64,000 nucleotides of DNA from Candidatus Peribacteria bacterium RIFOXYB1_FULL_54_35 (GTDB taxonomy: Bacteria; Patescibacteriota; Gracilibacteria; Peribacterales; Peribacteraceae): contig MFYJ01000007.1 in the NCBI GenBank assembly GCA_001787755.1, positions 76,946-140,945 of the forward strand. The letters run 5' to 3'. Position numbers and translations under genes: made by a program. A model generated the notes under the pieces. That model did no database searches. It worked only from the letters and a program-made list of their open reading frames with translations, and was not told the DNA's origin. This document shows positions 8,227-17,189 of the stretch, in pieces (the stretch's first letter is position 1; each line of letters starts with the position of its first letter).

Positions 8227-9921
8227 ATGTATGAGGTGGTGACAGATGCGGCTATCCAAGCGTTGAGCCATTCATTCGGACTCACGAATGCGCTGCTCGA
8301 TTGGCATCGGCCGCAGGATCATGCACACGGAGATATCTCCACTGCTGCAGCATTGCGTCTGAGCAGACAGGTGGGGAAGAGCCCCCAGGAGATGGCACAG
8401 GTGCTCTGCGGTGCGCTTTCGAAGCTTCCGGATGTCGAGCGTGCGGAAGTCGCCGGTCCTGGGTATGTGAACGTCTGGCTCACGCCCACAGCACTTCTCC
8501 GTGAGCTCTCCCGGGCCCGGGAGGCGTGCACGGCGAAGGTGAAGAGGAAGGAACCGCCAGTCGTCATCGATTACTCGGCTCCAAACATCGCGAAGCCCCT
8601 GGGGATTCATCACATTCTGTCGACGGTGATCGGGCAGTCTCTCGCCAATTTGTATCGCCATCAGGGATATGAGGTGATTGGTATCAATCATTTGGGAGAT
8701 TGGGGAACGCAATTTGGGAAACTGGCGGTTGCGGTCCAGAAATGGGGAGAGAAACCCCTGGCTGAGTGCTCGCTGGACGATCTGCTTGCGCTGTATGTTC
8801 GTTTTCATGATGAGGTGGAGAGCGATACATCTCTTGAGAATCAGGCGCGGGGGGCATTTAAGAAGATTGAGGAAGGGGATACGAAACTCCGGGCGTTCTG
8901 GAAAGAGGTCGTACGTATTACGGTGGAAGCGCTCGAGAGACTCTACGAGCGACTCCACGTTTCGTTCGACTACTCGCACGGCGAGAGTTTCTATGAAGAC
9001 AAAATGCAGCCAATTATTGAGGAAGGGAAAAAGAAGAGTGTGTTTGCCGAAGGGGAAGAGGGTGCACTCGTCGTCCGGTTCCCTGAGGAGTCACAACTCT
9101 CTCCGGCTATCGTACTTAAGGCTGATGATGCGACGATCTACCTCACGCGCGATCTGGCTACGGCGCGCTATCGCATCGATACGTTCCACCCCCAAAAAAT
9201 ACTCTACGTCGTTGATGTCGCACAGCAGTACTACTTTAAGCAGCTCTTTGCCACGCTCAAACAATTGGGTTGGGATCTTCCGGAGCTGGAGCACATTGTT
9301 TTTGGGAGAATGAGCTTTAAAGACAAAAAGATGAGCACCCGCAAAGGGAATATTCTCCGGCTCGAGCATGTGCTGGATGAGGCGGTGGTTCGGGCCAGAG
9401 AAGTGATTGCTGAGCACGAAGGGCACATCCAGACTGACGATGCAGACACTCTTGCAGAAATGATGGGTGTCGGCTCGGTGGTCTATGGAGTGCTGAGCCA
9501 GAATCGCAAGATGGACATGGTGTTTGACTGGGGCAAGATGCTCAGCTTCGAGGGCAACAGTGCGCCGTACCTCCAGTACACGCATGCGCGTGCGCATTCA
9601 GTACTGCGGAAGGCTGATGCAGACGGGGCGGAGTTCCCCGCTTTCGTTGAGGAGCTCGCAGGGAAGGAGCGGGGGCTCGCACAATCGCTCCTGGAGTTTG
9701 CGAGGGTGCTGGAAGAAGCGAGGGCGGGGCATATGCCGCACATTCTTGCGAACTACCTCTTTCAGCTCTGCCAGGACTTCAACGCGTTCTACAACGACGT
9801 TCGTATCCTCGAGGCGGAGGGCCCGGTGCGCAGTCTGCGGCTGGCCCTCACCCAGTGCACTGCTGCCGTGCTCAAGACGGGCGCGGAGCTCCTGACCATC
9901 CGCGTTCCTGACCGCATGTAA
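8227..9921 (+). CDS. argS: arginine--tRNA ligase
   Basis: PNIAKPLGIHHILSTVIG (HIGH-type), MSTRKGN (KMSKS-type) and C-terminal LANYLFQLCQDFNAFY. ATG 8227 is preferred over the ORF opening at 8167. Confidence 0.9.
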   Translation: MYEVVTDAAIQALSHSFGLTNALLDWHRPQDHAHGDISTAAALRLSRQVGKSPQEMAQVLCGALSKLPDVERAEVAGPGYVNVWLTPTALLRELSRAREACTAKVKRKEPPVVIDYSAPNIAKPLGIHHILSTVIGQSLANLYRHQGYEVIGINHLGDWGTQFGKLAVAVQKWGEKPLAECSLDDLLALYVRFHDEVESDTSLENQARGAFKKIEEGDTKLRAFWKEVVRITVEALERLYERLHVSFDYSHGESFYEDKMQPIIEEGKKKSVFAEGEEGALVVRFPEESQLSPAIVLKADDATIYLTRDLATARYRIDTFHPQKILYVVDVAQQYYFKQLFATLKQLGWDLPELEHIVFGRMSFKDKKMSTRKGNILRLEHVLDEAVVRAREVIAEHEGHIQTDDADTLAEMMGVGSVVYGVLSQNRKMDMVFDWGKMLSFEGNSAPYLQYTHARAHSVLRKADADGAEFPAFVEELAGKERGLAQSLLEFARVLEEARAGHMPHILANYLFQLCQDFNAFYNDVRILEAEGPVRSLRLALTQCTAAVLKTGAELLTIRVPDRM

Positions 9922-9942
9922 TTCACCTTTCCCCCTTCTCTC

Positions 9943-11358
9943 ATGCCCCCCTATCGGTCCCGCCGCCGCTCCCGGCATCCTGTGAGCAATAGGTCTGTCG
10001 TCGCTTTCCTCCTTGTTGCCTGTTTCGGCATCCTCTTCGCTGGGTGCGGAGGCACTCCACCCGAGGAAGAAACAGCGGAGGAATTTGCGTTCACTGAAGA
10101 CGATGTCGCTCGTTTTCGTGAGCTTGTGATGGGGGATGAAACAGGCACATCTGCCACGCTGACACCGCATCTTGTAGTAGAGGGATCGGAGGAAGCAGGG
10201 CCTCCCGTGCTCGATTTGTCGCAAGTGGATTCCTATAACGCGGTGCGTTCCGGTACGTCGGGGGAAGACGTCTACCGCGTCACCAATACCTTCGTGAATG
10301 TGCGTACAGCCCCGCAGGTGACTGCAGAACAGCTGGAACGTCTCGTGAAGGGCGATGCGTTCACAGTTATGGGGTTTCATGATGCGGCATGGGCGCACAT
10401 ACGTTTGGCCAATGGGAGAGAGGGGTACGTTTCCACCCGGTACATCGCAAAAATGACCTCGGAGGAGAAACTGGCTGAGGAGAAGGCAAAATTCGACGGC
10501 CAGTACTTTGTGAATTTTGGTTTTCTCAACATCCGCAAAGAACCCGATGCAGAGAGTGAGAAGATGGGGGAGCTGAAGGGGCAGGCTATCGTGAAGCCGC
10601 TCAGTATGGATCAGGTCTGGGCGCGCATTCCTTTTGAGGGCAAAGAAGGGTATGTGGCTGTGCAATATCTCAAGCCTTTCCTGCCGAATTTCCTTGTGCG
10701 GCAGGAGAGTTACGATCTCCCCGTGCTCCACTACCGCATGGATCAGGAAGGAATGCAGGATGTGCTGGTGAAGCACATAGGCCGCCTGAAGCAGGAAGGC
10801 GTGAACATCATGACGTTCAAGGATTTTAAAGACCTGCTCATCCGGCAGGAGGATCGCGATGTGCGTTTTGAGCCAAAGAGTGTTCTTCTTGGTATTTCAG
10901 GACTTACTGCAACGAATGTGAAGGAAATATCCGATATCCTGCGTGCGAGCGGTGTGCGTGCCACATTCTTCATCCAGACGCAGGGAGTTGGCATAAACGG
11001 CATCACCGAACAGAACCTCCTCACGCTTGTCGCGAACGGGCACGATGTTCAGTCGGCTGGGCACACAGGGGATGACCTGCGTTCCCTCACCAATGCACAA
11101 GTGGATCTTGAGATGAAGCAGAGCAGGAAGCTCCTCGAGCAGATGGCAGGCAGGCCCGTGCATGCCATTGCGTATCCGAGTGGGGGAGTGAACGAGCGCG
11201 TGGAAGATCTCGCAGCAGGAGCAGGGTATCTCTTCGGTGTGGGCTCTTCGCCGTTCCGTTCGTTTGAGCGTTCTCAGCTGCTGCGCATGCCGAGTTACCA
11301 GATTACTAGCAGCATGTCCGAAGAAGATGTGCTCAACATTGTGAACGGGCAGGAGTAG
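9943..11358 (+). CDS. lipoprotein with two SH3b domains and a NodB-type polysaccharide deacetylase domain
   Basis: Lipobox FAGC. Two 'VNVR..P......G..V......W..I....G.EGYV...Y' SH3b-like units. The C-terminal half has ATFFIQ, ANGHDVQSAGHTGDDL and AYPSGG. Confidence 0.75.
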   Translation: MPPYRSRRRSRHPVSNRSVVAFLLVACFGILFAGCGGTPPEEETAEEFAFTEDDVARFRELVMGDETGTSATLTPHLVVEGSEEAGPPVLDLSQVDSYNAVRSGTSGEDVYRVTNTFVNVRTAPQVTAEQLERLVKGDAFTVMGFHDAAWAHIRLANGREGYVSTRYIAKMTSEEKLAEEKAKFDGQYFVNFGFLNIRKEPDAESEKMGELKGQAIVKPLSMDQVWARIPFEGKEGYVAVQYLKPFLPNFLVRQESYDLPVLHYRMDQEGMQDVLVKHIGRLKQEGVNIMTFKDFKDLLIRQEDRDVRFEPKSVLLGISGLTATNVKEISDILRASGVRATFFIQTQGVGINGITEQNLLTLVANGHDVQSAGHTGDDLRSLTNAQVDLEMKQSRKLLEQMAGRPVHAIAYPSGGVNERVEDLAAGAGYLFGVGSSPFRSFERSQLLRMPSYQITSSMSEEDVLNIVNGQE

Positions 11359-11364
11359 ATTCAT

Positions 11365-11480
11365 CAGCTTGTTAGCTTTCAGCTTATAACTTCATTAGCT
11401 TCTATTAGGAAGGTACAAGATATGAGATCCAAAATCCCAATCCTAATGAAGCTAACAAGCTAATAAGCTAAAGAAGCTCG
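11365..11480. repeat. AGCT-word imperfect palindrome, copy 1 (MITE-like)
   Basis: Arms cagcttgttagctttcagcttataacttcattagc.. / ..ctaatgaagctaacaagctaataagctaaagaagct. The loop gaaggtacaagat..atcccaa matches the reverse complement of the loop of the copy at 41524. Confidence 0.7.
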
Positions 11481-11484
11481 TCAA

Positions 11485-11829
11485 CTATTGTTGCTGCTCC
11501 CCTCCGGGGAAGACGAGTTCAATCTTCTTCATGAGTTCTCCGGTGTTGTCGCCTGCCATTGCAGCCGCCTCTTTGGCGGCCTGCTGCGTGATCTTCTGCA
11601 GCAACTCATCGCCATGTTCATACATGTACCAGATGCTGAGGAGCAGCACGGCAATGGGTATGAGGCCGATCAGTCCCCTGAAGAACCCGCCCCATGTGCG
11701 CAGCCGGTCACGCGCATCCAGACGGTGCAGATGCTCGATGATGATGTCGAGCTTATCCTCGACGGTGAGTGTCTTCTCTTCTTTCTTCTTCCTGAACATA
11801 ACGGAGGAGGTTAGAACCCGCGGCGCCAC
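11485..11829 (-). CDS. small membrane protein, unknown function
   Basis: 114-aa ORF with one clear hydrophobic helix (GLIGLIPIAVLLLSIWYMY). It overlaps the 3' end of the femAB-like gene by 19 nt on the same strand. Confidence 0.4.
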   Translation of the reverse strand: MAPRVLTSSVMFRKKKEEKTLTVEDKLDIIIEHLHRLDARDRLRTWGGFFRGLIGLIPIAVLLLSIWYMYEHGDELLQKITQQAAKEAAAMAGDNTGELMKKIELVFPGGEQQQ

Positions 11830-12851
11830 TTGCGGACGTACTCAAAGGCGCGTGTTGCATGGTACAGGGGAGAGAGGGGAACGTCCATGCAGTGCGTGAG
11901 TTCCAGCATCTTTCCTCCGAATCCCGTCTTGAACAGCGTGACGCCGCGGAACGGGTGTCTCTTTGCGCCTTCCGGGGCGATGCCCCAGAAATTGTAGATG
12001 TGATCGCTGCGCCTGAGTGCGTCGGCGATGGCTGTCCACTGCAGCAAATAGCTTGCCGGTATTTTGCCGTACTTGTCTGTGCTCGCTCCGTGGTGGTAAC
12101 TCGTCTCGCCGGCCATGTGCATGTGAATGGAGGATGCAATAACCTCGTTTCCGTAGCGGGCGAGATAGAGGGTACATTCGCTGCGTGGGGCGAAGAGTCC
12201 CACCTGAGCCCGGAAGAATGCATCTGTGTACGGTGTGAAGTGGTGCCGTTTCCGTGTTTCTTCGTGGAGTGCGAGGAAGAGCGGTAAATCCCGGAGGGGA
12301 TCTCTCGATGCTTCCACTGTCACCCCTTCACGCTCTGCGCGCCGCACGAGATTCCGAGTGGTTTTCCTCAGTTGCATGAAGAGTTCCTCTTCTTTCCGCT
12401 GTTTCGATCCATCGTTCTCCTTCTGGCCCTGCCATACATCCGGTTGCGTGAGAGGCAGGTACCAGAGATGCTCGGCAAGCAGATGCAGCGGTGATGGTTT
12501 GCTGCCGGGTATGCTCTGGTTTTTCGTCCAAAACGGGCTGATGCGTACAAAAAGGCAGCGCTGCTCCTTTGCATATCTGCACAGCTCCGCAAGGAGCGGT
12601 TCCAATGCCTCTCCCCGTTTGAGGAGGGGGCCGTACGGGACGCTCAGGTGCCTGCCGCGCCGTGCCGGGACGGTGATGGCCTGGCAGATCCCTTCGATCT
12701 CATTCCCGCTACGCGCCTCGAGTCTCAGCGGTTCCTGCCCCGTGCTCCGGTATACCTCACCCATGGTCCAGCTCTGCAGGAAGGGGCGAAATTGCTGTAC
12801 TGCGAGGAATGCGTCCCAGGAGGATGGGTCTAAAGCTTCGGAAATAGTCAC
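11811..12851 (-). CDS. FemAB-family peptidoglycan interpeptide aminoacyltransferase
   Basis: FLQSW.WGEV-type N-terminus, and SYHHGAS..KYGKIPASYLLQW and LFKTGFGG near the C-terminus, as in FemX/FemAB proteins. Confidence 0.8.
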   Translation of the reverse strand: MTISEALDPSSWDAFLAVQQFRPFLQSWTMGEVYRSTGQEPLRLEARSGNEIEGICQAITVPARRGRHLSVPYGPLLKRGEALEPLLAELCRYAKEQRCLFVRISPFWTKNQSIPGSKPSPLHLLAEHLWYLPLTQPDVWQGQKENDGSKQRKEEELFMQLRKTTRNLVRRAEREGVTVEASRDPLRDLPLFLALHEETRKRHHFTPYTDAFFRAQVGLFAPRSECTLYLARYGNEVIASSIHMHMAGETSYHHGASTDKYGKIPASYLLQWTAIADALRRSDHIYNFWGIAPEGAKRHPFRGVTLFKTGFGGKMLELTHCMDVPLSPLYHATRAFEYVRKWRRGF

Positions 12852-12912
12852 CGTTGGAGTATAGACGCAGAGGCGTACAGACGTATAGATCTGTGAGCGA
12901 CTCGCGCGAAGG

Positions 12913-14157
12913 CTATTTTTTTATCAATGCATCCATCCTCCTCGCGAGTCTCTCTGCTTGGAATACTGTCATGGTCGGATGGGTTGGCAGAGAGAGGATT
13001 TGCTCGCAAGCCGCTTCTGCTGTGGGATCTTTGCCCCAGTGGTAGTCCATGATGTCCATGTTCACGGTCTCCGGGCACACGACACAGCTCGTCCACCCGT
13101 CATTGAGATGGATGTTTTCCTTCCTGAGGATTGCACGCTTCCTCTGTGCATCCTTTACAAAGAGTGGGAATTTCTGGAGAGGAGATCCCGGTGTTATTCC
13201 CTGCAGCATCGGCCAACCATGCTCTTTCCCGTACCGCAGAAAGAAGTCTGTGATTGTACGGCGGTGGTTGTTGATCGTCTCCAGCCGCTTCAATTCACCG
13301 AGGGCGAGAGCCGCACAGGCATTGGGCAACTTATAGAGCAGAGGAGACATCGATCCTTCTTTTTCCTCCTTTGTCAGGACCGGCGCGATCAGTCGAAACT
13401 GCCGCATTGTCCAGAGGACCGGTCGAAGGAGGCCTGTGCAGCTTAAGGGCCGGACAATGGAGTACATCCGCGCCGGATACTCGAGCAACCGGGCTACCTC
13501 CCACCATTGCCGATGGATCGCAGCCTCTTCCATTCCGGCGATCTTCTGCGCCATTGCCGGATCGCGGCTCATCACCGCTCCTCCTTCAATGCCCGAAATG
13601 GCTTTGTCCCGCCCGAAGCTCAGGATGAGGAAATCCCCATACTTCCCGATCGTCCCGGGTCCGGAGTGGTCAGGGATCACGTGGGCCATGTCTTCGATGA
13701 GGACAATGCCATGCTTGTCGCAGAGTGACCGCAGCTCTTTTACCGGAGCCGGGATGCCGAACGTATGCTGGCAGATAACGGCTTTTGTTCGCTGCGTGAT
13801 GCAGGTTTCCACTGATTCTTTCGTCAGGTTAAGTGTGTCACGGTCGATATCGGCGAACACCGGGACAGCTCCCGAAGCATGAATGGCATTGGGGACCACG
13901 ACGCAGGTGTATCCCTGCACAATGACCTCGTGACCGGGGCGAACATCCAGCGCCCGCAGCACAGCGAAGAGAGCCTGTCTGCCTGATGTGAAGAGAGCAG
14001 GCTCGCCCGGGAGCACCTTCTTCAGTTCCTGTTTGAGCTCGTTGCATGCTGTGCCTGCAACGTAGCGCCAGGGTGCGTACGAGAGTGCAGTCGCCTTCCA
14101 CAGGTAGCGCCAGTCGACGTGCGGGCCGAAGGTGTGGTGGATGGGGCGTATTCTCAT
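12913..14157 (-). CDS. DegT/DnrJ/EryC1/StrS-family PLP-dependent sugar aminotransferase
   Basis: TSGRQALFAVLRAL, VIVQGYTCVVVPNAI, PVFADID, IEDMAH and SFGRDKAISG (PLP lysine). Confidence 0.8.
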   Translation of the reverse strand: MRIRPIHHTFGPHVDWRYLWKATALSYAPWRYVAGTACNELKQELKKVLPGEPALFTSGRQALFAVLRALDVRPGHEVIVQGYTCVVVPNAIHASGAVPVFADIDRDTLNLTKESVETCITQRTKAVICQHTFGIPAPVKELRSLCDKHGIVLIEDMAHVIPDHSGPGTIGKYGDFLILSFGRDKAISGIEGGAVMSRDPAMAQKIAGMEEAAIHRQWWEVARLLEYPARMYSIVRPLSCTGLLRPVLWTMRQFRLIAPVLTKEEKEGSMSPLLYKLPNACAALALGELKRLETINNHRRTITDFFLRYGKEHGWPMLQGITPGSPLQKFPLFVKDAQRKRAILRKENIHLNDGWTSCVVCPETVNMDIMDYHWGKDPTAEAACEQILSLPTHPTMTVFQAERLARRMDALIKK

Positions 14158-15680
14158 GGCAGGAGCCGTTGGATGGTTGCAGGCGGTATACGTCCTATGC
14201 AGATGAGCAGTGTGTCTTCCCCCATTTTCTCTGTGAAAGGTGTGCAGACCTCGATAGGTTTCTTGAACCCTTTTTCAAAGAATTGGCCGCTGCGCGGGTT
14301 CATGAATATCACACGGTCGAACACACCCTGTGCCGTTTCCCCGAGCTCAGAATGGATGTGGTCCTGTTCGGTTCCCAGTTCAATCAGCCCGCTCGTGAGG
14401 AGCACTTTCTGCTTGGCAGGTTGTGTTCTTGCCCATGCGATTGCCGCCTTGAAACTGTGAGGGCTTGCATTGTGCGTGTCATCGAGGATGGTGACTCCCT
14501 TCTCCGTACGTACGGAGAATGTGTGATCGGGGGGAGTGTATTTGGATACTGCCTGTGCTATGTCTCTGTCGCGCATGCCGAGGGTACGGGCTGCTGCAAT
14601 GGCCAAGAGAACGTTCGTCACGTTATGTGTGCCGTGCAGTGGAATACCAAAACGGGTATCTCCAGTGCGGAATGCAATGCCCGTGGGTGTTTCTTCAATA
14701 TCGAATGCCTCGATGTCTGTGTGCCCCCCTGTTCCCACTGTCTGCACAGTGCAGGAGGTTCTCTCCGCGAGCGCTGCGCAGGCGGCATTATCTGCGTTGA
14801 GAAATGCGATGCCGTCTGGGGGGAGAGCTTCTACAAGCTCTGCTTTGGCATTCACGAGTGCTTCCTGCGAGCCAAAGAGTCCCATGTGCTGCTTGCCTAT
14901 GAATGTGACAATTCCCATTGTCGGTTTTGCAATGCGGCAGAGCAGAGCGATTTCCCCCTGTCGGTACGCACCCATTTCAACGATGAGCACTTCCGGTGGG
15001 TGATCTCCCCGCCGGGAGAGTTCTTTGAGAAGCCAGCCAGACACACCCATCTCCGAATTCACATACGCGGGAGTTGCCTGCACATTTCTGCCAGTGAGAA
15101 CGCACGAGAGAAGTTCTTTCACTGTCGTTTTTCCAACGCTTCCTGTTATCCCTATGACCGTGAGATCTGGGAACTGCTCGCGCAATTTCTGGGCTCTGTG
15201 CATTCTCCTCCTCTTCAGGAAACGATCGAGGGGCCAGAAGAGGAACCAGGAGAGCGCGAGAGTGAAGGCCTGGAAGAGAGGCAGTACGGCGAGGAGCGCA
15301 GGCTCGCGAGACAACCAGGAATAGGCAATGATGGCATCCGCCACCAGTGTGGAGAGCACGAGGGTCACTGCTTTCTGTGTCCACACGGGGAATCGCTGCT
15401 TCCTCAGTCCCAGTTGCACGAGCGTCAGCATTCCGAGGAGTGCTAATGCAACAGTGTGCCACACGGGACGGAAAGCCGCATGGAATACTCCTGCGATGCT
15501 CAGTATCAATACTGTTGTGGGCCGGATGAGTCCGAAGAGCTGCCGGAAGCATCCCTCACTGCGGAGGTGTTCGCGCAGACGGTCGAACCGCCACTCCTTC
15601 ACCTGCCACAACCATGCGAAGGTGAGCAGAGGGGAGAGAGAAGCGAGGAGAGCCAGCCCTAGGTACATCACGGTAGTCAC
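14154..15680 (-). CDS. murF: MurF-like UDP-MurNAc-tripeptide--D-Ala-D-Ala ligase with N-terminal multi-pass membrane domain
   Basis: GITGSVGKTT at about aa 168-175, VNSEMGVS, EMGA..GEI, HGTHNVTNVL and DDTHNASP. The first ~150 aa are 4-5 hydrophobic helices instead of the usual soluble domain 1. The stop overlaps the degT-like start (ATGA). Confidence 0.8.
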   Translation of the reverse strand: MTTVMYLGLALLASLSPLLTFAWLWQVKEWRFDRLREHLRSEGCFRQLFGLIRPTTVLILSIAGVFHAAFRPVWHTVALALLGMLTLVQLGLRKQRFPVWTQKAVTLVLSTLVADAIIAYSWLSREPALLAVLPLFQAFTLALSWFLFWPLDRFLKRRRMHRAQKLREQFPDLTVIGITGSVGKTTVKELLSCVLTGRNVQATPAYVNSEMGVSGWLLKELSRRGDHPPEVLIVEMGAYRQGEIALLCRIAKPTMGIVTFIGKQHMGLFGSQEALVNAKAELVEALPPDGIAFLNADNAACAALAERTSCTVQTVGTGGHTDIEAFDIEETPTGIAFRTGDTRFGIPLHGTHNVTNVLLAIAAARTLGMRDRDIAQAVSKYTPPDHTFSVRTEKGVTILDDTHNASPHSFKAAIAWARTQPAKQKVLLTSGLIELGTEQDHIHSELGETAQGVFDRVIFMNPRSGQFFEKGFKKPIEVCTPFTEKMGEDTLLICIGRIPPATIQRLLP

Positions 15681-15797
15681 GGTGCATCATCCTACTGCAG
15701 GACTCCCGATTCCAGAAGCGGGGTCCTCGTGTTTTCTCTCTGGCTCTGGGATGGAAAATCTGCTTTTACAGGGGGATTGTCCCCCATCACTGCTGTG

Positions 15798-16535
15798 CTA
15801 CTCAGTCCACGGAGTGAGCAAGTCCCGAATACGCTCTGCAATTTCCTCCGCGCGGTCACGGTGCACAGCATGTCTCGTGCCTTCGAACGCGTGTAATTCG
15901 GAGTGGGGAATTTCGTAGCACATCATCTTTGCGTCTTTGTAGGGGGTCATTCTGTCGGCGGTACCCCAATAAATATCTGTGGGGACGGCGATACGTTTGA
16001 GCAGGGGACGGAGGTCCTCTTTCGTCACTTCGATGAGCGTCTGACGCATGGTGGGTGAAGCTTTCTCGTAGTCGTGTATGCGTACGAGTTTGTAGAGCAT
16101 CTTCCTCCCGAGCGGCTGCAGGTGCCTGCATCCCGGAAAAGAGAGGAGTATTTTGCCGCTCTTTGCCAGCGTGAGGCCGATGATGCGCCTTGCGTGGCGG
16201 GGGCGCCGGATACCAGCTGCTGCGCAGAGGATGAGATGCTCGATGGGCAAGCTGTTTCTGGTAGCCAGTTTGATGCCGATGCGTCCTCCGTGAGAGTGCC
16301 CGAGCAGGAAGAGCGGTCCTTCTGCGCGCTCACGGATGTACTGCTCTGTCCAGTCAGCATAGTCATCCACGGTCCAGGGTTCTGCGGGTTCCGGCTCTCC
16401 TCCGAATCCCGGTAAATTCGGCGTGAGAATGTTCATGGCCACTCCTTCCAAGGCCTTGCGCAGTTCGGTGAATGATTCCGCCGAACCGCCCCAGCCGTGC
16501 AGGCAGACCAATGTAGGTTTCGCAGTCGCATTCAT
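15798..16535 (-). CDS. alpha/beta-fold hydrolase
   Basis: LVCLHGWGGS and the nucleophile elbow GHSHGG. ATG 16535 (MNATAKP) is chosen because the longer ORF to 16943 overlaps the lipoprotein gene on the opposite strand. Confidence 0.7.
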   Translation of the reverse strand: MNATAKPTLVCLHGWGGSAESFTELRKALEGVAMNILTPNLPGFGGEPEPAEPWTVDDYADWTEQYIRERAEGPLFLLGHSHGGRIGIKLATRNSLPIEHLILCAAAGIRRPRHARRIIGLTLAKSGKILLSFPGCRHLQPLGRKMLYKLVRIHDYEKASPTMRQTLIEVTKEDLRPLLKRIAVPTDIYWGTADRMTPYKDAKMMCYEIPHSELHAFEGTRHAVHRDRAEEIAERIRDLLTPWTE

Positions 16536-16700
16536 AGAAGATTGGGTGAAGTGGAACCAGTCAGCCGCATTTGCGGCTTCCGGTTCACGGCGACGCCGTG
16601 CAGGCAGACAAGTGTTGGCTTCTGCATAGCCCGTAGCATGCAGCGCTCCTCCCGCTGCCGCAAGGATGTTGCCCTGATGTTTTTCTGCTAGACTCTGCGC

Positions 16701-17117
16701 ATGCGCAAGTTCTGTGTGCTCTTCTGCTCGGCCGCAGCGCTTCTTCTCTCTGCTTGTTCTCAGGAAGAACACACGCTCCGTGTGTCTCAGATTCTCATTG
16801 GTTCGGGGACGAATGAAGCGGAGGAGATTGTGGTCTACAAAGACAGCTTCCTCCCATCCGATAAGACGTTCTATGCTCATGTATTCACGGAAGGGTTTTT
16901 TGAGCCGGAAGAAGTCACAGGTGCGTGGTGGTATGTCCCGCAAGACCGCAAGATATTCGAGACATCCGTGGAAGTGAATCCGCAGTATCCGGTAGCCAAA
17001 TTTGTGCTCACCAACACTACTGAGCGCTGGGCTGTCGGCGAGTACCTCTTCACCGTGTCCCGTGGCAAGAAGCAGCTTGGGGAGAAGAGGATTACGGTTC
17101 TTGAGAGAGGGGAATAG
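16701..17117 (+). CDS. small lipoprotein, unknown function
   Basis: MRKFCVLFCSAAALLLSAC lipobox. No recognisable domain. Confidence 0.5.
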   Translation: MRKFCVLFCSAAALLLSACSQEEHTLRVSQILIGSGTNEAEEIVVYKDSFLPSDKTFYAHVFTEGFFEPEEVTGAWWYVPQDRKIFETSVEVNPQYPVAKFVLTNTTERWAVGEYLFTVSRGKKQLGEKRITVLERGE

Positions 17118-17189
17118 GGGGTGAAAACTTGATTTTTTCTGAAACAGTGTCCTTTTTTCCGCGTTTTACACATCGCACTTCTCTTTCCC

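Noticed and set aside
9598-10776. 392-aa ORF on the minus strand
   Set aside because: It lies antisense to the well-supported argS 3' end and the SH3b/deacetylase gene. The composition is R/H/L-rich, typical of antisense frames in GC-rich DNA, and it has no motifs.
16536-16943. N-terminal 136-codon extension of the alpha/beta hydrolase ORF
   Set aside because: It overlaps the lipoprotein gene at 16701..17117 on the other strand and contains no hydrolase sequence. ATG 16535, directly before the LVCLHGWGGS core, is the sensible start.
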